Shown: one piece after another, positions 20,762 through 32,089 of the stretch
How positions within the stretch are numbered: position 1 is the stretch's first letter
Layout of the letters: the number at the start of each line of letters is the position of its first letter
DNA from: an uncultured Acidobacteriota bacterium
GTDB lineage: Bacteria > Acidobacteriota > UBA6911
DNA: 64,000 bases
Direction: 5' to 3'
NCBI GenBank assembly: GCA_963827655.1
Contig: CAWHCF010000026.1
Coordinates: forward strand, 160,001-224,000
Position numbers and translations under genes: made by a program
Notes under the pieces: model-generated
What the model saw: the letters and a program-made list of their open reading frames with translations, nothing else
The model's database searches: none
What the model was told of the DNA's origin: nothing

Positions 20762-23493
20762 TCATTCATGGCGCAAGGCCGTCATCGGATCGATGCGCGC
20801 GGCCCGGCGGGCAGGGACGCAGGCGGCGGCCATTGCCGCAACCGCAAGCACCAGGCCGGCGAACACAAGAGTCGCCGGATCGTGCGGCGCGACTTCGAAT
20901 AAAAAGGCGCGCAGCGCGTAGCCGACCGCGATGGTGAACGGAAGTCCGGCCACAAACGCCCATGCGACCAGGCGCGCAGCTTCAGCGAGAATCAGTTGCA
21001 GAACTTCTCCGCGGGTGGCGCCAAGTGCCAGGCGCAAGCCGATCTCGCGAGTCCGGCGCCCGACCGCATAGGCCAGCGTGCCATAGAGGCCGACAACGGC
21101 CAGCACGAGCGCCAGTCCGCCGAAGCCCAGGGCCAGGCCCAGCAGCAGACGTTCACGCGATGTCCTTTCCGCCATCCGAGCGGAAAGGGTGGTAGTCCTC
21201 TGGACCATCAGCTGCGGATCGGCTTCGGCGAGCGCCTTGCGCGCCTCGCGCAATACACCGGCTTGCGTACCCGGTTCGATCCGCAACGAGACAGAGCTGA
21301 TGTGAAATGGCGCTTGTGCCAGAGGCGCCCACATCATGGGTTCCGCTCTGGCCTCGCGCAAATCGTTATACTTGGAATCTCGCACCACGCCGATCACGGT
21401 GAAAGGCCGCCTTTCCTCGCCCGGATAGTCGAGCGCGAGCCTTCGACCGAGCGCCTCCCCATCGCCGAAGCGCTTCCGTACCAGCGCCTCGTTGACCAGG
21501 GCGACCCGAAGTGTGCCCTCACGGTCGTAACTCGTGAAGCTCCGGCCGCGGACCAGCTGCATGCCGACGGTGTCGAAGTAACGCGGCGAGACATAGTCCA
21601 CAAGACCAAAGCTCCGATCGTCGGGCTGCTCCGGGTCGATCAGGCTCAAGCCGAGGTAATTTCCTCCAAACAGGCCGAGCCAGGAGAGGCTCGCCGCGCG
21701 CACTCCAGCCAGAGCGTTCAGGCGCTCTTCGAGAGCGAGATACAGAGCCGCGCGCCGTGACTTCTCCTCGGGACCGTCGACCACGCCGAAGGACGGACCG
21801 TCCCGCTCGTGGCGCACGTCCAGGACCACGACTTGCTCCGGCTGAAACCCGGGGTCGACGCCGTAAATCCGGACGATCGTTTGCAGCAGCAGCCCTGCGC
21901 CTGATACGAGCAGGAACGACAGCGCCAGCTGCGCCGCTACCAGAGTACGCATGAGCCGCAGCGCGGGTCGGCTGCTTGTGGTGCGCCCCACCCCGGCCAT
22001 CGCACCCTGCAGGTTGGCGCCGCTCAATCGAAGGGCCGGCAGAATCCCGGTCAGCAGCGCGCTGAATCCGGTTGCGATCGAGCGCCATGGCCAGGACGCG
22101 ATAGTCCGGCCTGGTATCGAGCGAGATGGGCAGATAGGGAAGTGAGACCAGCGCGGCCAGAGCGGGAGTTCCTGCCCAGGCCAGTCCGATTCCGGTGAAC
22201 CCGCCGATTGCGGCCAGCAGCGCGCCTTCCGTGGCAAGCTGGCGAATCAGCCGGACCCGATCGGCGCCGAGCGCCGCACGCGTCGCCAGCTCCGAAGCGC
22301 GCGCTGCGCCACGCGCAAGAGAAAGGTTGGCAACGTTGACCGCGGCGATCAGCAGCACCACGCCTACAACCGCGAGCACGAGTATCAGTGGCCGGGCGAA
22401 CGCTCGCCGTACCGCCTCGAGACCGCGATCTCCCGGCAAGAGCCGCATCGTGAAATCCCCGGCCGTGGCAGGCTGACGGTCCGGCCCCACGGACCGGGGA
22501 GGCGCAGCCGCCACGAGCCGCTGGTAGATCATTGTCAGCTCCAGTTCGGCCTGCGTGATCGTTACGCCAGCGGCGGAGACGGCCCATGACTCCGGAAAAG
22601 AAAGCCATGCCCTGGCTGGCCAGCAAGTTAGGGTCTGTCAGAGGCCGCAAAGGAACCCACAGGTCAGGCGCATAACCGGGTTGATGGCCCCGAAACTGTC
22701 GCGGCGCCACCCCCACGATGGCGCAATCGGTGCTTTTGACCCGCAGGGTGCGCCCGAGCACGGTCGGATCTTGCTGGTAGCGCCGCATCCAGAGGCTGTG
22801 GCTGATAACCGCCCCGCACCCCCCGCTGCCCGACTCTCCGGGAAGCAGGTCATCGTTCTCGCTCAACAGTCGGCCCAGGGCGGGCGACACACCGAGAAGA
22901 GGGAAGTAGCCGCCCGAAACATAGCTCCCGCTCACGTAACTCGGAGTTGAGTCGCCGTCCAGGGTAACCTTGAGATAGGGCTGGTCGCTGACGGCAAACA
23001 CTCCCTGGAGCGTGGTCTGCGTTCGGCGGAGCTCTTCGAACAGCGGATTGAACAGCACGAAGCGCTGCCCTCGAAGATGGGGGGAGAGAATGACCAACCG
23101 GTCCGGTTCAACCACGGGCAAGGGACGAAGCACGGCTGCATCGAGCACGCTGAACACCGCCGTGGTCGCGCCAATCCCCAGGGCGAGCGAGATCACTGCC
23201 ACGACGGTAAACCCTGGATTTTTGCGCAGCATCCGCAGCGCGTAGCGCAGGTCTTGTTCGAGACGTTCGAGTGATGACCAGCCCCACATCTCCCGAGTCA
23301 CCTCCTTTATGAGTGGAACGTTGCCGAAGTCCTTCAACGCCCCGGCTCGAGCGATTGCCGGCATTTCACCGGCTTCGATTCGCTGCCGGATCTCGATTTC
23401 CAGATGCGCGCGGATTTCCGCATCGAGTTCCTCGTCCGCCCGTTGGCTTCGGATGAAGCGCCCAAGCAGTCTCGTGAATCGCCCAAGGTCCAT
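20762..23493 (-). CDS. Duplicated ABC permease (MacB/FtsX-type, Acidobacterial ADOP family); frameshifts near 22570 and 22085
   Basis: DEELDAEIRAHLE...QDLRYALRMLRKNPGFT, LLIAAVNVANL..AR, RTREIGLRLALGA, PARRAARIDPMTALRHE across three overlapping ORFs. Confidence 0.85.
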
Positions 23494-23502
23494 TTCGGGT
23501 CC

Positions 23503-23853
23503 TCACTGCGCGGGCTTCATGACGCCGGTTATCGCCTTCACGAGCAGCTCCCACTTCGACTGCTCGGCCAGCAGTTGCTTCTTCCCAGCCGGGGTCAACC
23601 GATAGTATTTGGCTTTCTGGTTGTTTTCCGTGATCTTCCATTCGGAGGAGAGCCAGCCTTGTCTTTCCAGGCGATGGAGAGCGGGATAGAGCGAACCGGT
23701 CTCCACCTGAAGCAATTCGCCCGAGTTGGCCCGGATCGCCTGGCCGATTCCGTGACCGTGTTGCGGCCCCCACTGAAGGGTCTGGAGGATCAGCATGTCC
23801 AGGGTTCCCTGGAGCAGCTCGATCCGGTTCTGATATCGTGCCTTGTCCGCCAT
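23503..23853 (-). CDS. PadR family transcriptional regulator
   Basis: LLQGTLDMLIL, GSLYPALHRLE..GW, AKYYRLTPAG; directly upstream of the ADOP permease. Confidence 0.92.
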   Translation of the reverse strand: MADKARYQNRIELLQGTLDMLILQTLQWGPQHGHGIGQAIRANSGELLQVETGSLYPALHRLERQGWLSSEWKITENNQKAKYYRLTPAGKKQLLAEQSKWELLVKAITGVMKPAQ

Positions 23854-23859
23854 AAGGTC

Positions 23860-23900
23860 GTAGAATATCTACTACCATGGCGAGCCGTAGATTGTCTACG
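23860..23900. promoter_or_regulatory. Putative PadR operator pair GTAGA-N3-TCTAC
   Basis: GTAGAATATCTAC (23860-23872) and CGTAGATTGTCTACG (23886-23900) just upstream of the padR start. Confidence 0.6.
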
Positions 23901-24166
23901 TAAATCCGTAGTGTCCCTGGCTACGGCACTCGAGTTCGTGCCTTGAAATGTCCAACTCCAGGCCCTACGAGCCTTGCGGCAGCTTGCTGAGCGCGCGCGA
24001 AAGGGCCAAACTCCTCGGCCAGGCCCTTTGACCTTCCCCCTCTTCGTTCTCGGCCATCAAGCACTGTCTGAATCGCAGTCATCCATTGACAGTCCTCGGC
24101 AACGGGATCACACTTACCGGATCCGTTTGAGCACGCGAGCGCCGCGTCCGGCGCGAAAGGGAGCAG

Positions 24167-27100
24167 TTGATGCAGATGGTCACGCGTCTTTTTTTGTTCA
24201 TTGCGCTTTGGTCGAGCTTTTCAACAACGCAGCTTTTGGCCCAGTTCACTCAGAGCAGCATACTTGGCGCCGTCACCGACCCGTCCGGGGCCGGGGTGGT
24301 CGGAGCCGAGATCAAGGTAACCAACGAGGGCACAAACTTCGTGCGTGCTGTCAATACCGACGAGCGTGGTGATTACCGGGTCTCCGGGCTGGAGCCGGGA
24401 TTCTACCGCGTCACTGTAACGGCTGGCGGTTTTACCACGTTCGATCAGACCCGCATCGACCTGGCCAGTAATCAGGCCAAGCGCGTGGATGTCCGGCTCC
24501 AGGTCGGCGAGGTCGCCACCACGGTCACGGTAGAAGGCGGCGTGACGCAGGTGGAGACTGAAACCGCGTCGCTGTCCAACATCAAAACGGCGCGGGACTT
24601 CGCCCAGCTTCCGCTCAGCATCTTCGGTCGCGGCTGGGCTAATGTCACCAACGTCACTGCCGGCATCCAGAGCACCAGCGGCTTCGAAGTCAACGGGGCG
24701 CGCGACACCGCCAACAACTTCACGGCCGACGGCATATCGGTCAACGACATGATCAGCAGCCGCAACACGGCCAATGGATTCTCCGGCGATATCGAGACGT
24801 TCCAGGAAATCAAGATCCTCACCGCAAACTCCTCGGCCGAGTATGCGCAGGTGGCGCAGTTCGCCGCAGTCAGTAAACAGGGCACCAATGCCTACCACGG
24901 CTCGCTCTACTGGGGAAACTTCAACAGCTACTTCTCCGCGCGCGCCTGGTCCGACACCCAGCCGCCGTCCTTCACCAATCACAACATGTTCGCGATCACT
25001 GGCGGCGGTCCTGTCGTCATCCCCAATCTGTATGACGGGAGGGATCGGACTTTCTTCTTCGCCTCTTACAGCGGGGCGCGCTATCGAGTAGGCAACCGCC
25101 TTTTCCTGATTGTGCCCACGCCGGCGATGCGACAGGGGAACTTTTCCGCGCTTGCCGGAGCCGGACGGATCAACCTGGTCGATCCGCTCAACAACATGGA
25201 GCCCTTTCCCAACAACACGATTCCGGCCAGCCGCATCAGCTCCGTTTCGCGGACGTTGCAGGATTTACTCTATCCCGACCCTAATCAGGTGGGACAGGGT
25301 ACCTATGGCATGGCCAACAACTTCTATGCCGATCCGGGCGGCGCGTACGATTCCAACGTCTACTCATTCCGCGGGGACCAGAAGATCAGCGATAAGAACC
25401 TGCTGTTTGCCCGCGTGGGTTTGACCATGACCAATGGAGACACGTATCTCGGAGGTCTCAAAAGCGGCTATGGCTCGGGCAGCATACTGAGCAATATCCC
25501 GGGCCGGAGCGTGGTCATTTCCGATACCCACACCTTCAGTGCGAACCTGCTGAACGAGGTGAAGCTGGGGTTTAACCGCACGTACAGCGAATCCAAGGAC
25601 TACAACTTCGGGGTCGACGTGCAATCGCAACTCGGAATCCAGGGCATCGACAATCCGGGCAACGATCCGTCCATCAGCAGCATGCCCCAGTTCACTTACG
25701 GAGGCGCTATCCCGATTGCCGCCAGTACCGGTAGAAATCAGGCCTATACCGCGCAGAATACCTACCAGGTGATCGACAACGTGTCCTTGCACAAGGGACG
25801 TCACAACATGAAATTCGGCGGGGAGGTGCGTCGCTTGCAGGTCAACAATCAGAACAAGCCCCTCAATGTCCGCGGCGCCTACTCCTTCGACGATCGCCTC
25901 ACCGGTCTTGCCTACGCGAACTTTTTGCTCGGCTGGCCGTCCGGCGCCACGCGCGGCATCGCCCGTCCTAACGCATATCCGCGGAGCACCTACTGGGGTT
26001 TCTACTGGCAGGACGATCTCAAACTGCACTCTCGAGTCACTCTGAACTTCGGCGTGCGCTACGAGTACCAGACGCCGTGGGTGGAAAAGTACGACCGCAT
26101 GTTCACGTTTGATCCAACCACCGGCAGCCTGGTTACCGCCGGCTCTACTATCCCTACGGACCTGGTGCCGCAGGTGGCGGCGACGCTGCCGATCCGCACC
26201 GCCAGCGACGCCGGCCTGCCCGAGCGCAGCCTGATGTTCAACGACGGCAACAACTGGAGCCCGCGCATCGGTCTGGCGATCCGGCCATTTGGCGACGCCA
26301 CCACGGTAGTGCGCGCCGGCTACGGAGTTTATGCGCAGTTCTGGCCGGGGCTGCTGGCGCTCAACGCGACCGGCGGGCCGTGGCAGTCCACCGAGTCATT
26401 CATACTCGAGAATCCGAATACACCGGCCATTCAGTTCCCGGCGCCGTTCGTCGCCACTTCGACCTTTTCCGGCGTGCAGACCATAAACAGCACGAGCCCA
26501 CACTTTCCCAGTGAGAACACCCATCAATGGAATTTCTCTTTCGGACGACAGATCCTCGGAATGGCCGTCGACATCGCCTACGTCGGCACGCGCTCGCTGA
26601 ATGTTCCCTATAGCGAGGACCTCAATCTGCTGCGGCCGAGCACGACGCCGTTCAGCGCGGCCCGCCGGCCCTATTCTCGATACAACGCGGCCAACCTCGT
26701 ACAGGCCGGAGGCTCGGCCACTTATCATGGGTTCACGATCCAGGCCGACCGCCGTATGTCGCGCGGTCTCTGGTTCAACGTCAACTACACCTTGGCCAAA
26801 GGGCTCACCGATGTTGACCTGCGCGGATACAGCACGGGCGCGCAGCAGAACCAGTACGCCCGGTTCCTGGAACGAGCCGACGATTCCAACCTGCGCCGCC
26901 AGCAGCTTCGCTTCAGCTACGTGTTCGATCTGCCGGTTGGACGCGGCCAGCGGTTCCTCAACGGCATCTCGAGCCCACTCGACTTTGTCATCGGCGGATG
27001 GCAACTGTCCGGCATCACGACAATGGTCACTGGACAGCGGTTGAGTCCGGCCTACTCGAATGCCGATCCGGCGTTCACCAACCAGTTCAGCGGCCGTCCC

Positions 27101-27457
27101 GACCGTACCGGCGACGGCAACTTCGAGTCGGACGCGATGCGGGACTCCATCAAGAGCCGGGTGCCAATCTTCGATCGCTCCGCATTCGTGCTTCCGGCCA
27201 CCGGCCGCGGCTTCTACGGCAACTCCGCACGGTACGTCCTGACCGGCCCAGGCCAGTCAATCTGGAATCTGGCCATTCACAAGAACTGGAAGCTCGGTGA
27301 AGAGCGCGCGTTCCAGTTCCGCTGGGAAATGTTCAACGCCTTTAACCGCGCCAACTTCAACAACCCGACGACCAACATCCAGGCCGGCGATTTCGGCCTT
27401 GTTACCACCGCTCAAGCGGGCCGCTCGATGCTCTTCGGTCTCAGGTTCGATTTCTAA
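24167..27457 (+). CDS. TonB-dependent receptor (Oar-like, carboxypeptidase regulatory-like N-domain)
   Basis: Signal peptide; GAVTDPSGA..TNEGTN; TLNFGVRYEY; NNWSPRIGLA; FRWEMFNAFNRANF; terminal LRFDF. Confidence 0.92.
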   Translation: MMQMVTRLFLFIALWSSFSTTQLLAQFTQSSILGAVTDPSGAGVVGAEIKVTNEGTNFVRAVNTDERGDYRVSGLEPGFYRVTVTAGGFTTFDQTRIDLASNQAKRVDVRLQVGEVATTVTVEGGVTQVETETASLSNIKTARDFAQLPLSIFGRGWANVTNVTAGIQSTSGFEVNGARDTANNFTADGISVNDMISSRNTANGFSGDIETFQEIKILTANSSAEYAQVAQFAAVSKQGTNAYHGSLYWGNFNSYFSARAWSDTQPPSFTNHNMFAITGGGPVVIPNLYDGRDRTFFFASYSGARYRVGNRLFLIVPTPAMRQGNFSALAGAGRINLVDPLNNMEPFPNNTIPASRISSVSRTLQDLLYPDPNQVGQGTYGMANNFYADPGGAYDSNVYSFRGDQKISDKNLLFARVGLTMTNGDTYLGGLKSGYGSGSILSNIPGRSVVISDTHTFSANLLNEVKLGFNRTYSESKDYNFGVDVQSQLGIQGIDNPGNDPSISSMPQFTYGGAIPIAASTGRNQAYTAQNTYQVIDNVSLHKGRHNMKFGGEVRRLQVNNQNKPLNVRGAYSFDDRLTGLAYANFLLGWPSGATRGIARPNAYPRSTYWGFYWQDDLKLHSRVTLNFGVRYEYQTPWVEKYDRMFTFDPTTGSLVTAGSTIPTDLVPQVAATLPIRTASDAGLPERSLMFNDGNNWSPRIGLAIRPFGDATTVVRAGYGVYAQFWPGLLALNATGGPWQSTESFILENPNTPAIQFPAPFVATSTFSGVQTINSTSPHFPSENTHQWNFSFGRQILGMAVDIAYVGTRSLNVPYSEDLNLLRPSTTPFSAARRPYSRYNAANLVQAGGSATYHGFTIQADRRMSRGLWFNVNYTLAKGLTDVDLRGYSTGAQQNQYARFLERADDSNLRRQQLRFSYVFDLPVGRGQRFLNGISSPLDFVIGGWQLSGITTMVTGQRLSPAYSNADPAFTNQFSGRPDRTGDGNFESDAMRDSIKSRVPIFDRSAFVLPATGRGFYGNSARYVLTGPGQSIWNLAIHKNWKLGEERAFQFRWEMFNAFNRANFNNPTTNIQAGDFGLVTTAQAGRSMLFGLRFDF

Positions 27458-27530
27458 GCGCGCACTAACCACAAAGACACGAAGACACGAAGAAACGCGA
27501 AGAATCTTAACGGGAGAAAGGGGAAGGTCT

Positions 27531-27782
27531 ATGAGCTGGATCTGGACAATCTTGATCGGGTTTATCGCGGGGGCGGTGGCCAAGCTGCTCATGCCGGGGA
27601 AAGATCCCGGAGGGTTCATCGTGACGACCCTGTTGGGCATCGGTGGAGCGCTTGCCGCCACGTGGATTGGCAGAGCCGTCGGATGGTACGACGAAGGCGG
27701 CGGGGCCGGGTTTATTGCTGCCATCGTTGGAGCCGTCCTGATTCTCTGGGTCTACCGGAAATTTATCAAGAAGACAGGGTGA
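27531..27782 (+). CDS. GlsB/YeaQ/YmgE family membrane protein
   Basis: MSWIWTILIGFIAGAVAKLLMPGKDPGGFIVTTLLGIGGA; RBS GGGGAAGG. Confidence 0.88.
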   Translation: MSWIWTILIGFIAGAVAKLLMPGKDPGGFIVTTLLGIGGALAATWIGRAVGWYDEGGGAGFIAAIVGAVLILWVYRKFIKKTG

Positions 27783-27823
27783 AAGAGCGCGCCTTTGGAG
27801 TGCGCAAGCTTGCTGCTGCTCTG

Positions 27824-29386
27824 CTACGGCAGCTTGAGGAATTGCGGCAGGCTTTCCGCAACGCTCCCGATCGCGCGCGCCAGACTGAGCTTCGCTACGT
27901 TGTGGGCAAATACGCTGTTGATGTAGTCCAGCTCCGCGGTCGCCACTGACTCCTGGGATTGCACGACTTCAACCGAGTCGGTTACACCGGCCTCGAACCG
28001 TTGGCGCGTCAGGTCGAGGGTTTCTCCCGTAACCTGTTGGTTCATCGTGGCCACTTCCACCTGGCTGGCTGCCGCCTCGAGGTCCAGAAAGGCCCCACGC
28101 ACCTCGCTCTCGACCCGCCCGCGAAGGTCTTCAAGCTCCGCTTGCCGCTGCGCCAGCGCGGCCTCCGCCTGTTCGATGTCGGCGTCGATGCGACCCCCTT
28201 GCCAGATCGGGAAGCGGAGTGTGGCGACGACGGAAAATGTGCCGTGCGACTGGGCCGGGTTGGTTCCGATGACGCCGTAATCGGCGTTCAATGATAGCGA
28301 GGGAAGGCGTTGGGCGCGAGCGGCCGAGCGTACCCGGTCGGCGGCTCGAACCTGCGCTTCAGCGGCTTTCAGGTCCGAACGCTGCTCGAAGGCGCGATTC
28401 AGCGCTTCTTCAAGACCGAGCAGAGCTGCAGCGGCGAACGGCACATTGTCTGACGTGTCGTATTGATCATTCGGAGGCAGACCGGTCAGCCGCGCCAGAT
28501 TGATCTTCTGTTTGGCAAGATCATTCTTTAGCGAAACCAGCCGCTGCTGTTGCGTTTGCGCCTGGACCTGACTTCGATTCACGTCGATCTGCGCCACCAG
28601 ACCCACGCTGCGCCGTTGTGAGGTCTGTTGATAAAGAGTATTGGCGGTCTCGAGCTGGGCGCGTGCCGATTCCACTCTCGCTTTGGCCGCAATCAGCTGA
28701 AGATAAGCGCCGCCGACGGCAAGGACAACAAGATCCCGCGCATCCTGTACCGAGAGTTCGTTGGCGCGCAAGGTTTCGTCGGCCGAACGATAGTTGTGCC
28801 AGGCCGTGAGATCGACCAGGGTCTGCGAGAGCGTGGCCCGGAGGTCAAAGTAATTGAAGGGACCGACAATAGTCGGCACCGAGAGGCCCGGAATGGAGGA
28901 CCCGATTGGAACTCCCAGCGCCTTCAGATTGATCTGCTGCACGGTTTCGCTTAGCCTGCCGTTGAGGTTCGGCAGCAAGGCGCTTCGAGCCGCCTTGCTT
29001 TGACCGCGCGCCTGGCGCACCGCCTGGGTCAGGCCGACCGTGCCGAGGTTGTGCTCGAGCCCGCGCTGGACGGCTTCGCGCAGCGATAGCCGGCCCGAGA
29101 ATGGAATTCTGCCGGTGCTTCCAACACTTCCGGCATAAGGACCCTGCACCTGGATCGCGGGGTTGATGGTGTTGACACTGGTGGTTGTCCCGGGCACCGG
29201 CGATTGCGTGGCGGTGACCGACCCGCCCTGGAGGCTTCGGCCCGAAAGCGGAAGCTGATTTGCGTGGGCGCCTTCCGATTGACTGCCTGCTGATCCAGGC
29301 TGAGCGAATGTAGTATGCGCGATCGTGAATGTCAGGATCGCAACGAGTCCGCTGATCCGAAGTGCTGCTTTTGCCCGTCTTCTCAT
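27824..29386 (-). CDS. TolC family outer membrane efflux protein
   Basis: LSLREAVQRGLEHN, ARSALLPNL, QRLPSLSL, RFEAGV; last gene of efflux operon. Confidence 0.88.
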   Translation of the reverse strand: MRRRAKAALRISGLVAILTFTIAHTTFAQPGSAGSQSEGAHANQLPLSGRSLQGGSVTATQSPVPGTTTSVNTINPAIQVQGPYAGSVGSTGRIPFSGRLSLREAVQRGLEHNLGTVGLTQAVRQARGQSKAARSALLPNLNGRLSETVQQINLKALGVPIGSSIPGLSVPTIVGPFNYFDLRATLSQTLVDLTAWHNYRSADETLRANELSVQDARDLVVLAVGGAYLQLIAAKARVESARAQLETANTLYQQTSQRRSVGLVAQIDVNRSQVQAQTQQQRLVSLKNDLAKQKINLARLTGLPPNDQYDTSDNVPFAAAALLGLEEALNRAFEQRSDLKAAEAQVRAADRVRSAARAQRLPSLSLNADYGVIGTNPAQSHGTFSVVATLRFPIWQGGRIDADIEQAEAALAQRQAELEDLRGRVESEVRGAFLDLEAAASQVEVATMNQQVTGETLDLTRQRFEAGVTDSVEVVQSQESVATAELDYINSVFAHNVAKLSLARAIGSVAESLPQFLKLP

Positions 29387-29415
29387 TGGTTTTGAACCAT
29401 ACCTTTCCGCCTGGT

Positions 29416-30582
29416 CTAGCTGAGCTGTTTTCGGAAGCGCCACACGCTCAATGAGAAAAGAACGAGCGTAAAAGCGAGTAGAGCCAGGAAATTGGGCCAC
29501 AGGGCCGCGAGCCCGCTTCCTTTGAGCATGCTCGCGCGCACAATGGTCGCGAAATGATGAATCGGGTTGAGGATCGTGAGAGGCTGCAACCACGCGGGCA
29601 TCGCCTCTACCGGATTAAGGGCTCCTGACAATGAGGCCATCGGAGGATTCACGAAGAAACTCGTCAGTATTGCCTGCTGCGCCGATTTGCTGAATGTGGC
29701 GATGACTGTGCCGAGGCCGATGCCTGACAGGACGCACAGAGCCGCGCCGCACAGCACGAGCATCAGGCTGCCATGAAAGGGGACTCTGAAGGCGACCACG
29801 ATGACTCCGACTGCGAAGAGCGCCATCAGAGACAGCAGGATAAATAACGGCGCGATCTTGGCTATGATGATTTCGGATGTGCCGGCCGGTGACATGAGCA
29901 GCTGTTCGATCGTCCCGGCCTCGCGCTCTTTGACCATCGCCCCGGATGCGACCAGCGAGCTGTTCAGGATCAAGAGCAGGCCGAAGACGCCCGTCACGAT
30001 AAACCACGAGTCGACCAGACCGGGGTTATACAGGAAGGCGGGGCGCAGCAGCACCTGACCGCGCCGGCTCGCGCCCGGCGCCGCGGTCTGCTGAAGACCG
30101 GCATGAACTCCTTCTGCGCGAAGAGCATGGTTGTACGTCTGGATCACACCTTCCGCATAACCCTGACTGATCGCGGCCGTATTCGCGTTCATTGCGTTCA
30201 AGAGAAACTGCACCGTTGCCGGGCGTCCGCGCTGCAGATCGCGGGCATAGTCGTACGGAATCGCAACCCCGGCGTCGAGATCGCCCCGGCTGATCGCATC
30301 ACCGAGCCGATCGGCGGAAGCGTAGTAACCGGTCAAGCGAAAACTCTTGCTCTCGCTCAGCGCTGCGACCAGCTCTCGGCTCTCGGGCGTCCTGCTGCCG
30401 TCGACGACGCCGAGCCGGACGTTCGATACCTCCGCGCTCAAGGCGAAGCCGAAGAGCAACAGCTGGAGCGTGGGCGGGAGAATCAGAGAAACCGCGAGGC
30501 GCCGGTCGCGCCGGATCTGATTGAACTCTTTTCGAATCAAGGCCCGGACGCGGTAGTTGAAGAGTCGTTGTAACAGTCTCAT
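29416..30582 (-). CDS. ABC-2 transporter permease (YbhR-like)
   Basis: ALIRKEFNQIRRD, VKEREAGTIEQLLMSP, NPIHHF. Confidence 0.9.
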   Translation of the reverse strand: MRLLQRLFNYRVRALIRKEFNQIRRDRRLAVSLILPPTLQLLLFGFALSAEVSNVRLGVVDGSRTPESRELVAALSESKSFRLTGYYASADRLGDAISRGDLDAGVAIPYDYARDLQRGRPATVQFLLNAMNANTAAISQGYAEGVIQTYNHALRAEGVHAGLQQTAAPGASRRGQVLLRPAFLYNPGLVDSWFIVTGVFGLLLILNSSLVASGAMVKEREAGTIEQLLMSPAGTSEIIIAKIAPLFILLSLMALFAVGVIVVAFRVPFHGSLMLVLCGAALCVLSGIGLGTVIATFSKSAQQAILTSFFVNPPMASLSGALNPVEAMPAWLQPLTILNPIHHFATIVRASMLKGSGLAALWPNFLALLAFTLVLFSLSVWRFRKQLS

Positions 30583-30585
30583 CGT

Positions 30586-31691
30586 TCATGCCTTGAGCTG
30601 CATGCGCCGCATGCTGCGCCACGCCAGCGTGTAGAAGATCGCTCCGATCAAACCAACGATCAGGACCTGGAACCAGGTTGCCGGCCAGCCGCCGCCCTGC
30701 AACAGGGCATCGCGCACGATTTCGATGTAGTACTTGCCCCAGATGAAGTGGGAGAGCCAGCGCAACCCGGCCGGAATGTTCTCGACCGGAAAAATCAAAC
30801 CGGAAAGGAGGAACACGAGCAGGAATCCCCCCAGGGCAACGGCCTGCATGGCGGCCGCCTGATTGGGAATGGCGGCCCCGACCATGGTTCCGAACGAAGC
30901 CACGCAGAATGTGTACAGGAGAGTAGCCACGATGAAAGGAACCGGGTCGCCCGCCAGACTGAGGCCGAAGTACGTAAACAGCAGCGCGAGCATGAGCAGG
31001 CATTCCGAGAGCGCCACAGCCATGAAGGCAAAGATTTTTCCCAGCAGGAATTCGTGAGCCGAGATGCTCGAGACGTAGACCTGAAGAATCGTTTTCTGCT
31101 CGCCCTCTTTCGACATGGCGAGCGAGGCCAGCAGAGGCGGAAACATCGACATGGCGAGAACGAAAATTCCCGGACCGTAGAATTTCTTGGATGAACGCCC
31201 CGGGTTGTACCAGAGCCGGATCGCCGCCTGGACCGGTTCAGGCACGCCCCACCTGCCGTGCGCTGGTTGTGCGCCCGCGCGATCTGGCTGGCATAGCCGG
31301 AAATCAGCTTGGCTGTGTTTGCGTCGGAGGCGTCTACCAGCACCTGGACCGGTGAGTCGACGCCGCGCGCGACATCTCGTCCAAAGTGCGCAGGTATGAT
31401 GAGCGCGGCGCGCGCGGTATTGGAGGCGAAAGCCTCTTCGGGTTGTTGATCCGCCGTCCAGGGCACGACGTGAAACGTGATCGAGGCGCGGAAGGAGTCT
31501 ATCAACTCGTGCGAAGCCGGCGAATCGTCAAAATCCTGCACGATGATGGGAAGGCGGTTCACCGTCAGCGAGATCGCGTTCCCCATCAGCATGAGCAGAA
31601 CCAGCGGAAGTCCCAGGGCCAGGGCGAGCGTGCGCCAATCCCTGACGATCTGGGTCAGTTCTTTGCGTGTCTGCGCGAGGATTCGTCTCAT
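30586..31691 (-). CDS. ABC-2 transporter permease (YbhS-like; frameshift at a G run near 31248)
   Basis: MRRILAQTRKELTQIVRD ... IRLWYNPG ... LSGLIFPVENIP; two ORFs joined at GGGG. Confidence 0.85.
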
Positions 31692-31724
31692 TGCCCCATT
31701 TCCTGGCGCCGGCTCATGACGGAG

Positions 31725-32089
31725 AGGCCGGACATATTTCACCGGTAGGCCCGTAGGGCCGACAGAGCGTAGCCCCGGCCGTAAGAACGTGCCTCATGTG
31801 GCGACGGGTCATCAGACCCGTCGCAAGTAGCGTGATCGGGCGGATTTAGCCTTAAAACGTTCTTTCGTGCCATTAGGGGGCCGGACGGGCTTGATAGCCC
31901 GTCCGCACTTGGATCGGGTCGTTTTGCGACAGCCTCTGATGACCCGCGCCACAGACCTCAATCCTCAACTTCACACTCTTCTCCCACGGGCGGAACTATT
32001 AACTGCCGGGCCTTCGGCCCTGGTTAGCGGCGCCCGAACTTCTGTGCCTGCAAAATGTCCAAACTCCAGGCCGGACATATTTCACCGGT
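31725..32089. mobile_element. Nested REP/MITE-like insertion flanked by a 22-bp direct repeat
   Basis: AGGCCGGACATATTTCACCGGT at 31725-31746 and 32068-32089; interior palindromes; ends resemble the element at about 48366-48610. Confidence 0.6.

Noticed and set aside
23960-24166. Cobalamin or other riboswitch before the TonB receptor
   Set aside because: Only a short hairpin and a possible TTGACA-N17-CACACT promoter; no riboswitch core seen
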